Notes under the pieces: model-generated | Seen by the model: only the letters and a program-made list of their open reading frames with translations | The model's database searches: none | Told to the model about the DNA's origin: nothing | Part shown: in pieces, positions 12,590-24,261 of the stretch | Layout: each line of letters starts with the position of its first letter | Position numbering within the stretch: position 1 is the stretch's first letter | Translations under genes and position numbers: made by a program | NCBI RefSeq assembly: GCF_001194135.2 | Contig: NC_068994.1 | Coordinates: 35,281,389 to 35,330,609 of the forward strand | DNA: 49,221 bases | Source: Octopus bimaculoides | Lineage: Eukaryota | Direction: 5' to 3'

Positions 12590-12975
12590 CAAACTGACTC
12601 CAGTACTAATTTTCATTTAAGGCTTGTACTTACATTGGCAGCTTTTGCCAAACTGCTAAGTTACGAGAACATAAACAAACCAACACCAGTTGTCAAGCAG
12701 TGGTGATAGTGGGAGAGAAACATAAACACAAAGACACACACATCATCATCATCATCATCATTTAATGTCCAGTTTTCCATGCTTGCACAGATCAGTTGGG
12801 ATTTGTTCAGGCAGATTTTCTACAGCCAGATACCCTTCCTGTCACCAACCTGCATCTGTTTCCAAGTAAGGTAATATTATATAGCACTTCCAGAATATGT
12901 TTTTCATGGGAGACTGGAAATGAACATCTCTTTAATGACAGTGATGTTCATTTACAGCCTTCAAATGAAATCTAA
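12590..12975 (-). mobile_element. SINE 3' fragment (12590-12740) plus RTE-tail-related short repeat (12745-12975)
   Basis: Reverse matches to the SINE 3' half; the second part starts (CAT)n TTTAATGTCC..TTTTCCATGC and is related to 32135-32385. Confidence 0.6.
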
Positions 12976-13052
12976 ACAAGAGTGTATACAACTACATACA
13001 TATATATGTGTGTGTGTATGAGTGTGTGTATACATATATATATACTAGCAGA

Positions 13053-13273
13053 AAGGTGGCTAGCTGGCAGAAACGTTAGCACGCCGGGCGAAATGCTTAG
13101 CGGTATTTCGTCTGCTGCTACATTCTGAGTTCAAATTCCGCCAAGGTCGACTTTGCTTTTCATCCTTTCGGGATTGATAAATTAAGTACCAGTTATGCAC
13201 TGGGGTCGATGTAATCAACTTAATCCCTTGTTTGTCCCCTCTATGTTTAGCCCCTTGTGGGCAGTAAAGAAAT
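13053..13273 (+). mobile_element. SINE-like element inserted a few bases from the Helitron 3' end
   Basis: Well-preserved copy AAGGTGGCTAGCTGGCAGAAACGTTAGCACGCCGGGCG...GAGTTCAAATTCC...GTGGGCAGTAAAGAAAT; AGAAA on both sides; removal joins CTAGCAGAAA to TACCCGATGTTG. Confidence 0.85.
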
Positions 13274-13829
13274 ACCCGATGTTGGATCAAAGAAAATAAG
13301 GAAATTCAAAAATGTCTTTTAAATCTCTAACTAACATGAAACATAAACTACGCAGGTCTTACATCCGGTGTTTCCCAGGTTTTTTGAAAATAATGAAATT
13401 TAAGTATGCCTTTTAAATCTCTAAATAAAATGAAATATGGATTATGCAGTTCTCAACAGTAATTAGCTGAGGTATAAACTATTAATGTCAATAATATTTT
13501 TTGTCCAATGTTCTCACTGTTAAAATTGTTAAAAAAAAACAGGTAGTTCTTTGTCTTTGCAATCACCTTCAATTGTCAATACTTATTTGAAACACGCTGA
13601 ACCTGAAAATGCATAAATTTGAGAAGAACTGGCCTGTGGACACTCCTCTCCTGTTGAGAAGTGCATTTAACAAAAATTCTATCAGATGACGTCAGTATAA
13701 ACAAATGTATTGAAACAAATCCGGAAATCAATCACAGTTTAATCATCTAGAGCTTCTAAATATACGATGTTTAAAGTGTCCTTTAATTGGTGTATAAATG
13801 AAAAGATTTTGGGGAATTCTAACTCACGA

Positions 13830-15020
13830 ACATTCTACATATAATTGTCCACAAGAGAAGCAAAGTGAAGTCCAACAACCTTGAGAGACTGTCCTTGAGA
13901 CTTGTTTATTGACATAGAGAACCTTAGTTTCACTGGGAACTGGAACCATTTAAATTCAAAGGGGAGGTGATATGGGATTAACTGGATCCATGGAATGAAG
14001 ACATCCTCACCCTAATAGTTCTCAGTGATAATTGTTGTCTCTAGAACATGGGGTCGCATCGCTTTCACCACCAGTCTGGTGCCATTGCACAGATGAGGTG
14101 GATCCAGATTCCTGAGTAGTATGATTGGGGTCCTCTTTTTAAGTGTTAAGTAGTGAGGAAGCATCCCAGATGGCTATAGAGAGTTCAGGAACTCAGTTGG
14201 AAAAACTACAGCCTGGTCCTGATCAATGACAGCATTGAGAGATTTGAAAGACTGTTCTTGTCCTGACAACAGCTGCAAGAGATCCCAGTTGATTTTGTCA
14301 ACAGCATCATTATGTGGGGCTAAGATGGCTCGCTCACAGAGCCATTGACTGTTGCTAAAGTTTTGTGCAATGTCTGGGAGCACATGGATTATGAGATCAT
14401 TGACAGTTGGTTCCATCTCACCATAGGGTAACCGGTGTTGCTGCATCTGGTTGACATACAGTAGTTGCCCGTTCCCTATCTTCAGAAGCTGGTGTGAAAA
14501 CAGCCCGGCAGTTTGATCATCATATAAGTGGGCCCTCATGTTAACTGCCAGGTGCAGTTTAGCCACTTGTTTCCACAGATAGTTCATCTGCTTTTGTACC
14601 TTTGGGGATCACAGGAAGTGTTTGCTTGAAATACCCAACCAAACTACAGTGACCCCCACCCATGAGAATGTCCTTTCCTCTCAAATCTCATAGGCTAGTC
14701 AACAGCCTCAAGTGCTCCATGGTGAGACATGATGCATTCATCCAGACAATCAAGCATGTCTGCAAAACCTTGGCCTTTGCTGATGCCTTAGAAATGTTGC
14801 AAATTGGAGTCTCTGTCCTAAGTAAATTCAAGGGAACCTTGAAAGTCGATGAGCTATTCATCCACCTGTCAAGAGAGTAGCTGCTATTCCAGAAGACGTT
14901 ACCAATGCAATGCACCCATCTAGACGAACTTTTGCTAGCAAAAGACTTATCAAAAACGTTTTGCCAGTATCCCCAGGAGCATCCAAAAAGAACAGGCAAC
15001 CTTTTCCTCCTAAGTCATTT
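13830..15020 (-). pseudogene. Helitron Pif1-family (SF1B) helicase domain, frameshifted
   Basis: Walker A LDAPGDTGKTFL (~14955-14990), SSGIAATLL, ORF 14174-14587 QLLKIGNG...WLCERAILAPHNDAVDKIN...FPTEFLNSL, and SINKSQGQSLKVVGL near 13870-13910. Confidence 0.93.
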
Positions 15021-16260
15021 GAATGAGGCTATTGTAAGCTGAAATGAACACTCACCAAACTATATGCTATGTATATGAAACAGATGTGTTGACGATTGAT
15101 CAATTAAATGAAATCTCCGTATGAAAATGTTTTTATCACACTCACATCTTACAGAAATAGAAAGCCGGAGAAGGCATAACTACAGATTTCTTCCCCCCCT
15201 CCCCTCCCGAATTTGGATGATCATAACTTACGGAAAAATGGATATTTTTCAATGAAATTTTCTACGAATATGCGTTATATCATGTATATTCCGAAAATAT
15301 AAATAATACATGAATTTTTTTTTGGGGGGGGTGAAGTGTTTTAAGAGGAGGTGGGGAGGATTTTCGGAAAATTTGCCAAAGTCCACTTCANNNNNNNNNN
15401 CGGAGCATATAGGATGTTGGAAGAAAACAATTGGGTGTTATTTTTGAGAACTGTTCCCCACTCGGGAGTATTTTGAAACAAGTCCATATTTGTTTCATTT
15501 TCTTTGTTTTGTGCATTTCTGCATCCGTATATAACCCTTAACCCCAGCCGTAAAATTTCGGGAAAAAAATTGAAAAGTGAGAGAGTGGTGGGGCGTATTC
15601 GTAGAAAATTTAATTTTAAAATATCCATTTTTCTGAAAGTTATCATCATCCAATGTTGGGGGGACCAGAAATCTGTAGTTATGTCGCCGGAGAAGAATAT
15701 AAAAAACGAAAGTACCTTTAGAAATGCTTCTTTTCTGAAATCGTCACAATTGAATATCAAATGTTAATAAGGCGACTTGTTCCAAAAATGTCCGAAATAT
15801 GTATTGGAAAATCAAGAAAAGGCGTCTATCTCCGTACGAAATTCTTTTTCTTACATGAAAGTACCTTTTGAAACTATTTATCAGAAATCGTCACAACTGT
15901 ATACATACCTGTATACATATATGTGTGTGTGCAAATAGTTAGTTTGGACGCCAAATACAGGAAGTTCCAACTAAGTTACTACGTCAGGACACAAAAGACA
16001 GGAAGTTCAGAAAACGATTTGAAGAAGTGAATCTTTATATATATAAAGCAATATTATTTATTTTTACTAAAAAAAAAAGAAAGACAAATCATGACCATAT
16101 TATTCTTTCCAAGGTCAAATTATTCATGTACCCAAGTATGGTTAGATTAATCCAGAGGTTTGAGCGTGTATTGAGGGGACACATATACACAGACAGGGTA
16201 TTTTATATATTAAAAAGATAAACTCTGAATTTACCTATCGAGAACTTTCATACATACCTT

Positions 16261-16336
16261 GTCTCTGATGATAGAATACACAGTGTACAGACATGTTAGC
16301 CTATCACCTGGGATATCCCAGAAACAGGTGTAAGAC
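16261..16336 (+). ncRNA. Minimal type I hammerhead ribozyme-like motif, core nucleotides intact
   Basis: GTCT-CTGATGA(16265-71)-49 nt-GAAA(16321-24)-CAGGTG-TA-AGAC; stem I GUCU/AGAC, GUA cleavage triplet; stem II irregular. Confidence 0.6.
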
Positions 16337-16417
16337 TTCAAATTCACCATACCTTAAGTAAATATTCTAAATGACTTGAGATACTCGTCCTGCCTTGGTT
16401 TTTGTTGTCCTTTTCCC

Positions 16418-16458
<41 letters not shown>

Positions 16459-16533
16459 TGCATATACATATACATGCACACACACACACACGCGCATATC
16501 TATATATATTTTACATACATATATAAATATATA

Positions 16534-17423
16534 TATGTGGTCTGATCAATAAGTATCCGGACTGTGTTGCCATAGTTATGAAGCTAAAGCATGGAGAGTG
16601 AATCTGCTTGCCACAGATTGACCTTGAACTCTGCTGTGCATGCACACTAAGTTTTAACACTTCTGCTGTTTACAGCAGTGCTTGGAAGGAAGATGTGTAG
16701 TGTGTGGTTATAGCATTGACTATGAGGGAGTAAGATGAGCAGAGAATCTGCATTAAATTTTGCCACAAGCTTAGCAATAACTGCTCAGAGGCCTATGCAA
16801 AGTTTTCAAAAGGTTTTCATCATTCTTGACACAATCAAGGAGATCTTGTACAACTGAAACCCGAGTGTCTTTTTGGTCAGCTGAAAGTAGTTTTGGCACA
16901 AACTTCGCAGACACGCATCGCATACCCAAATCTTCAGTGATACTAGATTGAACTGAACCACAACTAATCTGCACATCCTCTGATAACACACAGATGTTGA
17001 TTCGCTGATTCCCCTCACAGCTGCATGCTCATGTGTGATGTTTTTCTCAGTTCTGCTGGTTGCGGATCTCCTAGAATGTTCGTCAATATCAACATTTTTT
17101 CTGCCATCTTGAAAACGTCTGAATCACTCATACATTTGTATGCAGCTCATATATTCTTCTCTATACCCTTTTTGCAACTTTGCATAGGTCTCTGAGCAAG
17201 TATTGCCATGTCAATTTTCTCTATCTTGGTCAATGCAAGATTCACACACTACACACCTTCCTTCCAAGCACTGCTGTAAACAGCAGAAGTTAGCTAGGGC
17301 ATTAAAACTTAGTGTGCATGCACAGTAGTGTTCAATGTCAATCATTGTCAAGTGGCTTTACTCTGCGTGCTATAGCTTCGTTACTATGGCAACAGTTAAG
17401 ATACTTGTTGATCAGAACTCGTT
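16534..17423. mobile_element. Foldback mariner derivative made of two inverted 5' ends
   Basis: 16534-16812 (+) and 17176-17423 (-) are homologous 5' ends (TIR TA(T/C)G(T/A)G(G/T)TCTGATCAA; EQRICIKFCHKL in the left arm). The minus-strand middle encodes ITEDLGMRCVSAKFVPKLLSADQK. Confidence 0.88.
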
Positions 17424-17934
17424 TATATATATATANNNNNNNNNNNNNNNNNNNNNNNNNNNNNNNNNNNNNNNNNNNNNNNNNNNNNNNNNNNNNNNNN
17501 NNNNNNNNNNNNNNNNNNNNNNNNNNNNNNNNNNNNNNNNNNNNNNNNNNNNNNNNNNNNNNNNNNNNNNNNNNNNNNNNNNNNNNNNNNNNNNNNNNNN
17601 NNNNNNNNNNNNNNNNNNNNNNNNNNNNNNNNNNNNNNNNNNNNNNNNNNNNNNNNNNNNNNNNNNNNNNNNNNNNNNNNNNNNNNNNNNNNNNNNNNNN
17701 NNNNNNNNNNNNNNNNNNNNNNNNNNNNNNNNNNNNNNNNNNNNNNNNNNNNNNNNNNNNNNNNNNNNNNNNNNNNNNNNNNNNNNNNNNNNNNNNNNNN
17801 NNNNNNNNNNNNNNNNNNNNNNNNNNNNNNNNNNNNNNNNNNNNNNATATATATATATATATACTCACGTGTGTGTGTGTATCTGTGTGTGGGGTGGGGG
17901 TATCTGTGTGTGTGTGTGTGTGTGTGTGTGTATG

Positions 17935-18243
17935 AAAGCACGTGCCTCAGTCATTAGAGCATCAGGCTCACAATCATGAGGTAGTGAGTTCGATTCCTGG
18001 ACCAGGCTGTGTGTGTTCTTGAGCAAGACACTTTAGTTCATGTTGCTCCAGTTCACTCAGTTGTAGAAATGAGATGTGACATCACTTGTGCCAAGCTGTA
18101 TCAGCCTTTGCTTTTCCCTTGAATAATTTCAGTGGCTTGATCTTCCATAAACAACCTTGCCCAGACTTGTACCTTGGAGGGGAACTTTCTAGGTGCAATC
18201 CCACGGCCATTCAAGACCAAAGGGCACCTTTACCCATTACCTT

Positions 18244-18284
<41 letters not shown>

Positions 18285-18425
18285 TTGTTTCCCTATCTGG
18301 CGTTTGTTTGTTTATGTGCTTGTAACTTAGTGGTCTTTGCAAAAGAGACTGGTAAAGTAAGTATGTGACTTAAAATTAAATGCTGGGGTTGATGTTTGAC
18401 TAAACCTTGAATGACCACAGTCCTG
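17935..18425 (+). mobile_element. tRNA-derived SINE (family of 45130-45440 and 46440-46660)
   Basis: B-box GAGTTCGATTCC (~17986), TTGAGCAAGACACTT and CTCCAGTTCACTCAG segments. Confidence 0.75.
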
Positions 18426-18792
18426 TGACTAAAACAAGTAAAGTAATCCATTTCAATTTGAAGCTGCATGAAAAAGCTGTTTATCAGTAGCCCAATATCT
18501 TTATAAAGCATTTGTTCTTCCTGATAAGAATTGTTACTGAATATTTTGCCTTAAAATCTTGTTTACAATCCATAAAAACATATTCAATGCATTCAGTTAG
18601 AAGTCTTTTGTTGGTAGTCAAGGTTTCCAGCCCTGTAAGCTATCATATTACCCAAGCATCATATATTGATACACAAAGAAGAATGACAAGCTTGTATTGA
18701 AAAAGGAAGAAATACACCTTCAACATTTACATAAGTTAACTGATCTCTGTTTCATTCCACATTGCATCTGTATCAAGATTACTGACTCTGAT

Positions 18793-18826
<34 letters not shown>

Positions 18827-19823
18827 TCAAACACATGCATGCAGATGTACAAATGAATGTACAACTACACAATATATGTGTGCACTCTCATGGACATTCA
18901 TATGCATGCACATACATATATATATGTATGTGTACATAAGTGTATACACACACACACAAGTATGCACTCAAGCACAAATATATGTTCATGAATATACATA
19001 TGCGTATATAAACAAATAAACAATTGCACATATAAAAATATATGTACACACACACAAACACACACATCATGTAGCTCTGAAACTAAATTGTAATGAAATA
19101 CATATGCCATGCTTTAAATACTGAGTTCTAATTTTCCTGCTTGGGATAATCAGACCTATACATAATACACACACACATGCACACAGGAAATTGTTGAAAA
19201 GTTGTTATAGTTCGTTGAGAGTTGTTTTGGATTGGTTACAATTGTTGGCAGAGTATTTGAGAATACACCAAGTAGAGACAGATGGTGTCTACTCCTTTCA
19301 GTGGTATTGTATATCACACTATTATTAGTGCATGATACTAAGGTGACATTCAGAAACTATGTTATAAAAGTGATGACAAGGGATTGAAAGCTTACGTTGG
19401 TCATTCACAATTTTTTTATGATGCAAAATATTCGTTAACTACGGAAGACCTATTAGCTGACATATTACAGTTGCAAGAGCAACAGCAACAGGAGTTTGCC
19501 CCAACAACTACGACAGTAACAACTATAACACAATCAGTTGCTGGAACTGATGTTAAAGTCAGGAAACACTGCAAGTTCGTTTTTGCCAAATGGCGTTGCG
19601 GATGCTATAACTGAATTTAGTTATAACCCAGAAGAGGGTATAACATTTTTGGTGTACTCCAGAAGATACAAAGAAATCTTCAAGGAAGAATTCAAGTGTT
19701 GGACAGATGATGAAGAAGTGAGACTACTGTTATGAAAATTAGCTCCTTTAGAACATGAAAAATACTATAATTTTAACTTGCCTAAAATAACAAGTGAAAT
19801 ATTTTCAAGAAAACTATTGAATT

Positions 19824-20253
19824 GCTTTAGAAAATTACTATTTTTAAATCTCACAGCGAGAGATATTCAGCAACAGTACTTTGGAGTAAAGATTGTTTGC
19901 CAACATAACATGGCAGTCCTGGTTTTGGACGAATGTTGCTGTAATTTAGCCCCTGGAGACCTCGTCTCCAGCTGGCTATACGATATGATCTCTGTCCTTA
20001 AAATTTCGAACAAGGGAATCTAGCACACCCACTCAGCTCAAAACAATATCTGTTTATCATGATATACAGATATCGTGATACACAGATATTGTTTTGAGCT
20101 GAGTGGTGGTGCTAGATTCCCTTGTTTGAAAATATAAGGACACAGAACGTGTCATATAGCCAGTTGGAGACGAGCTCTGCTGGGGCTAAATTACAGCAAC
20201 AATCGTCCTAAATCAGGACTGCCATGTTATGTTGGCAAACAATTTTTACTCAA
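19824..20253. mobile_element. 430-bp insertion in gypsy gag containing a ~370-bp near-perfect palindrome (foldback/MITE-like)
   Basis: Arms 19881-20060 and 20070-20254 are reverse complements; flanked by direct repeat ATTGAATT (19816-23, 20254-61). Confidence 0.85.
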
Positions 20254-21229
20254 ATTGAATTACTATCCAAAATGTTCAGTGATAAGAGTTACCTGTTTAC
20301 CACTTGCTGGGAGTGTTTGAACTTAGTAAAAGAAGAGGAGGAAGATTTTGTAAGTTATGCCAGAATAATAGATAAAATGTGCAAAAAATTTAAACTGAAG
20401 GAATTGTCTCCAGATATGTTTAAATACCTCATTTTTGTGCAAGATTTGATGGCTAACAAAGATGCAGAAATATGTGCACAAATTCTTACAAAACTAGAAC
20501 AGGAGGACCAGAATTTAATCCTACAGGCAGTAGCAGAGGAATATCAAAGAATAATCAACTTGTGGCAGGATGTAAAGAAAATTGAAGAAAAAAATTTCTC
20601 TCAACTATAGACATGTTGACCAGGGATAAATAAAGTAAAAAGGTTACGACTAAATCAATGTTATGGGTGTGGAGGTCTGCATTTTAAGAAAGACTGTCCA
20701 TTTAAAACTCAGAAATGTTTTAGCTATCAAAAAATAGGACATAAAAGCTTGCACTGCATAATGAAACAAAAAAGGTGGGAAAAATTTTTTTGTAAAAAGG
20801 TTTGCTCAATGGAAAATCATGACGACACCCAAGAAAAAGTATGTGTATGTAAAAATAAATTATATGAACGTGAAACTACAACTAGACACAGGTAAGTGAC
20901 ATTACAATTATTGATACTAACACATGCAAGAAAATTGGGAAACCTATATTAAAGAAAACATTGAAAAGTTTGTGAGGTGTCACAGGTGAAAGATTACACT
21001 TCTGAGGTGAAATGGTAAGCAACGTTACATTTCATGATAAAACTTGTAAAGCAAAAGTGTCTGGGTTAAAAAATGCAATAAACTTGATCAGTACTGACTG
21101 GATGGAATTGTTTGATTTATGGGACCTCCCCATAAATCTATTCTGTAAAAAAATAAATGAGTGTTCCTCCAGTAAGAATATGGTATCAGATGAACTGAAA
21201 AAAAATTTTTAAATACTTTTCTTGAAGTG

Positions 21230-22165
21230 TTGTCGGATAAATTAGGTTTGCGTACTAAAACTGAACCATGTTTGCAAATCAAGGAAAATGCAATACCGAT
21301 ATTCAAACCAAAAAGAATGGTATATTTTGCTGCTGTAAAACATGTTGATGAAGAATTAGACAGAATAGAGAAAAGGGAGTCATCCAAAAAGTGGAATATG
21401 CAAAATGGGAAGCCCCAACGGTGTGTATTAAAAAAAAGAATAACAAAATCAGGGTGTGTGTTGATTTTTCCACTGGCTTGAATGAATGTCTGAAAATGTA
21501 TTATTATCTGCTACCTACTCTGGAGGATATTTTTGTAAAGTTAAGCAGGAGCAAGATATTTTCAAAGTTGGATCTCTCCAATGTGTACCTACAAATTAGA
21601 GTAGATGAGGAATGCTCAAAATACCTAACAGTGAATACACATAAAGGACTATATAAATATAACAGACTACCATTTGGTCTAAAGATTGCACCTGCAATTT
21701 TTCAACAGATAATAGTTGCAATGTTAGTGGATTGTAAATTCACATTTCCATTCCTGGATGATATATTAATTTAAAGAGAATCTTGTCATCAGCATGTCAA
21801 GCATGTAAAACATATTTTTTTTGAAAAATTGAGAGACTACAGTTTCACACTGAGTGAGGAAATATGTGAATTTTTCTTGCCTAGAATTAAATACTTAAGA
21901 CAAGTTATTGACAGGAATGGATTACAACCAGACCTGTCAAGGGCAGACACAATTAAAAATATTCCTCCTCCAACCTTACAAGCTTTTCTAGGTCTAGCAA
22001 ATTATTATCAAAATTATACACCAAATATGAATGAATTGAGAGCTCCACTAAATAATTTGCTAAAAAGGGATGTGAAGTGGATTTGGTCAAATAATTGTCA
22101 AAAGGCATTTGACAACATTAAAAAAAGATATTGACATCAGATTTGTCACTGGCTCATTTTGATCC
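21230..22165 (+). pseudogene. Ty3/Gypsy reverse transcriptase and RNase H start
   Basis: KIRVCVDFSTGLN, FSKLDLSNVYLQI, NTHKGLYKYNRLPFGLKIAPAIFQQ, FLDDILI, LQAFLGLANYY, LRAPLNNLLK..W.W...CQKAF. Confidence 0.95.
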
Positions 22166-22223
22166 TGCATATTAAATATATGTATGTACATTATATATAT
22201 ATATATGTATATATGTGTATATT

Positions 22224-22254
<31 letters not shown>

Positions 22255-22294
22255 GTGTGTTTATATTACATATAAGTGTGTGTGTGTATATATA

Positions 22295-22476
22295 TATCTG
22301 CTCGAAGGTTATTTATCCTAATTTTGGGACTGCCATGTTGGCTTGGCGATAACTATTAATTTCCAGTACCGCTGCCGTAGTCTCCTTTAGAGAGACTTAG
22401 AAATATTAATAACTCTATTTCTGAAAACCAGTGGATAGATTCCACTGAAATTAGATAAATAACCTTCAAGCAGATA
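22295..22476. mobile_element. ~180-bp MITE with ~29-bp TIRs in (TA)n
   Basis: TATCTGCTCGAAGGTTATTTATCCTAATTT ... AAATTAGATAAATAACCTTCAAGCAGATA; the left 140 bp are duplicated at 23021-23158 after the gap. Confidence 0.7.
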
Positions 22477-23181
22477 GTCAGCAGCGCTGCCTGGCTAGGG
22501 CTTGGCTGCTCTGCATTGACAAGGGGCAACACCCTGAAACTAGTCTGCAGATNNNNNNNNNNNNNNNNNNNNNNNNNNNNNNNNNNNNNNNNNNNNNNNN
22601 NNNNNNNNNNNNNNNNNNNNNNNNNNNNNNNNNNNNNNNNNNNNNNNNNNNNNNNNNNNNNNNNNNNNNNNNNNNNNNNNNNNNNNNNNNNNNNNNNNNN
22701 NNNNNNNNNNNNNNNNNNNNNNNNNNNNNNNNNNNNNNNNNNNNNNNNNNNNNNNNNNNNNNNNNNNNNNNNNNNNNNNNNNNNNNNNNNNNNNNNNNNN
22801 NNNNNNNNNNNNNNNNNNNNNNNNNNNNNNNNNNNNNNNNNNNNNNNNNNNNNNNNNNNNNNNNNNNNNNNNNNNNNNNNNNNNNNNNNNNNNNNNNNNN
22901 NNNNNNNNNNNNNNNNNNNNNNNNNNNNNNNNNNNNNNNNNNNNNNNNNNNNNNNNNNNNNNNNNNNNNNNNNNNNNNNNNNNNNNNNNNNNNNNNNNNN
23001 NNNNNNNNNNNNNNNNNNNNGTGTGTGTGTATATATATATCTGCTCGAAGGTTATTTATCCTAATTTTGGGACTGCCATGTTGGCTTGGCGATAACTATT
23101 AATTTCCAGTACCGCTGCCGTAGTCTCCTTTAGAGAGACTTAGAAATATTAATAACTATATATGTATATATATAGATATAT

Positions 23182-23408
23182 AGAAGGGCTGGGTTGCTGT
23201 AAAATTCCTGGCTATAAGGGTATCATTAAAAGGTTTGGTTGGAGGCCCAAACTTCCAATTTCTTTTACAGGGCTTAGAAAAGCTGAAGGACTGCTGTAAT
23301 AAGTGTGTGAACGTGAGAGGGTGATATACTAAATGAAATCATAATTAAGTGATCCTCCTGTATTTTCTTTTACTCAAATCCAGGAACTTTTCAGCACCCC
23401 CTCATGTA
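23182..23408 (+). mobile_element. Non-autonomous mariner (MITE-like)
   Basis: Ends GGTTGCTGTAAAATTCCTGGCT / TCCAGGAACTTTTCAGCACCCCCTC; interior encodes the transposase C-terminus GLEKLKDCCNKCVNVRG. Confidence 0.75.
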
Positions 23409-23438
23409 TATATATATATATATATATANNNNNNNNNN

Positions 23439-23481
<43 letters not shown>

Positions 23482-24229
23482 GGCATGTATGTACAATGCA
23501 AACCCACACTGACACACACACACACACACACACATAGAGGCACATGCACATAAAAGGTTACAAATATTTCATACCACTGCTACATTCAGTATGGAGGAAA
23601 ATATTCAACCAAAACTTCCTCTTTGACAAGCATTAATCTGGAACTTTGAGCATTTGAAATGAGCAGTAAACTGTAAATGACACCAAAATTGTTATGACAT
23701 GTTCACAGATGCACAGTACAACAAAGATGTGTGGCCTGTGATATTTAAATAATGCATTAAACCGTTGACAGTTAAGAAGTTTATAGTGATTGTTAATCTA
23801 TGGTTGCACACATCTAAGAAGTGTTGTGTCTTTAGTACATACTTCACCAATGTTTCTGTTGAAAACTTTGATAGAAATCTTAATATCTCTATTTTGGCAG
23901 GTGTCAGGACATACGTTAACATTCTTAGCTGCCACATTCATGTCTTACATAATGCAGGAATGTTAAAAGTGGTAGGTGTTTCTTATCAACACCTTTTATA
24001 ATTTATGCATTCAACAAAGTACACTATCTTAATTCTCAGCAATCTGTTAACCTTTTACCAGTCCAAAGCATTTTCATAAGTTGGTCCTAAATGTTCATGC
24101 TTGTCTTCAGACTTTTTGTTGGGCCTTGTTTCATATGCTTTGCGTAATGTAAATGCTTTTGTTTCATAAGTACCAAGTTACTCTGGTGGGATTGTGTATC
24201 ATATATAATGCATAGATGACAGGGAGATA

Positions 24230-24261
24230 TGTCCTGTGTATCACATGTGATACACAGGACA
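24230..24261. repeat. Perfect 32-bp palindrome with no spacer
   Basis: TGTCCTGTGTATCACA|TGTGATACACAGGACA. Confidence 0.95.

Larger units (their letters stand above)
13045..16218 (-). mobile_element. Internally deleted Helitron with both termini and a Pif1-like helicase remnant
   Basis: Minus strand starts A|TCTTTTTAATATATAAAA (16218) and ends CTAG|T (13045), i.e. the A/T target with TC and CTAG termini. A helicase pseudogene lies inside; no Rep domain is seen. Confidence 0.8.
19200..22172 (+). mobile_element. Degenerate 3'-truncated Ty3/Gypsy LTR retrotransposon (gag-PR-RT-start of RNase H)
   Basis: gag fragments (EFSYNPEEGITF; LFTTCWECLNL...FKYLIFVQDL), Zn-knuckle CYGCGGLHFKKDC, protease-like LDTG/DITII region ~20880, RT. 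A possible degenerate PBS GTGATGACAAGGG lies at ~19370; no integrase or 3' LTR. The 5' boundary is uncertain. Confidence 0.92.

Noticed and set aside
23021-23158. Second copy of the MITE left end
   Set aside because: Identical to 22280-22420 across a gap; likely a haplotype or assembly duplicate.
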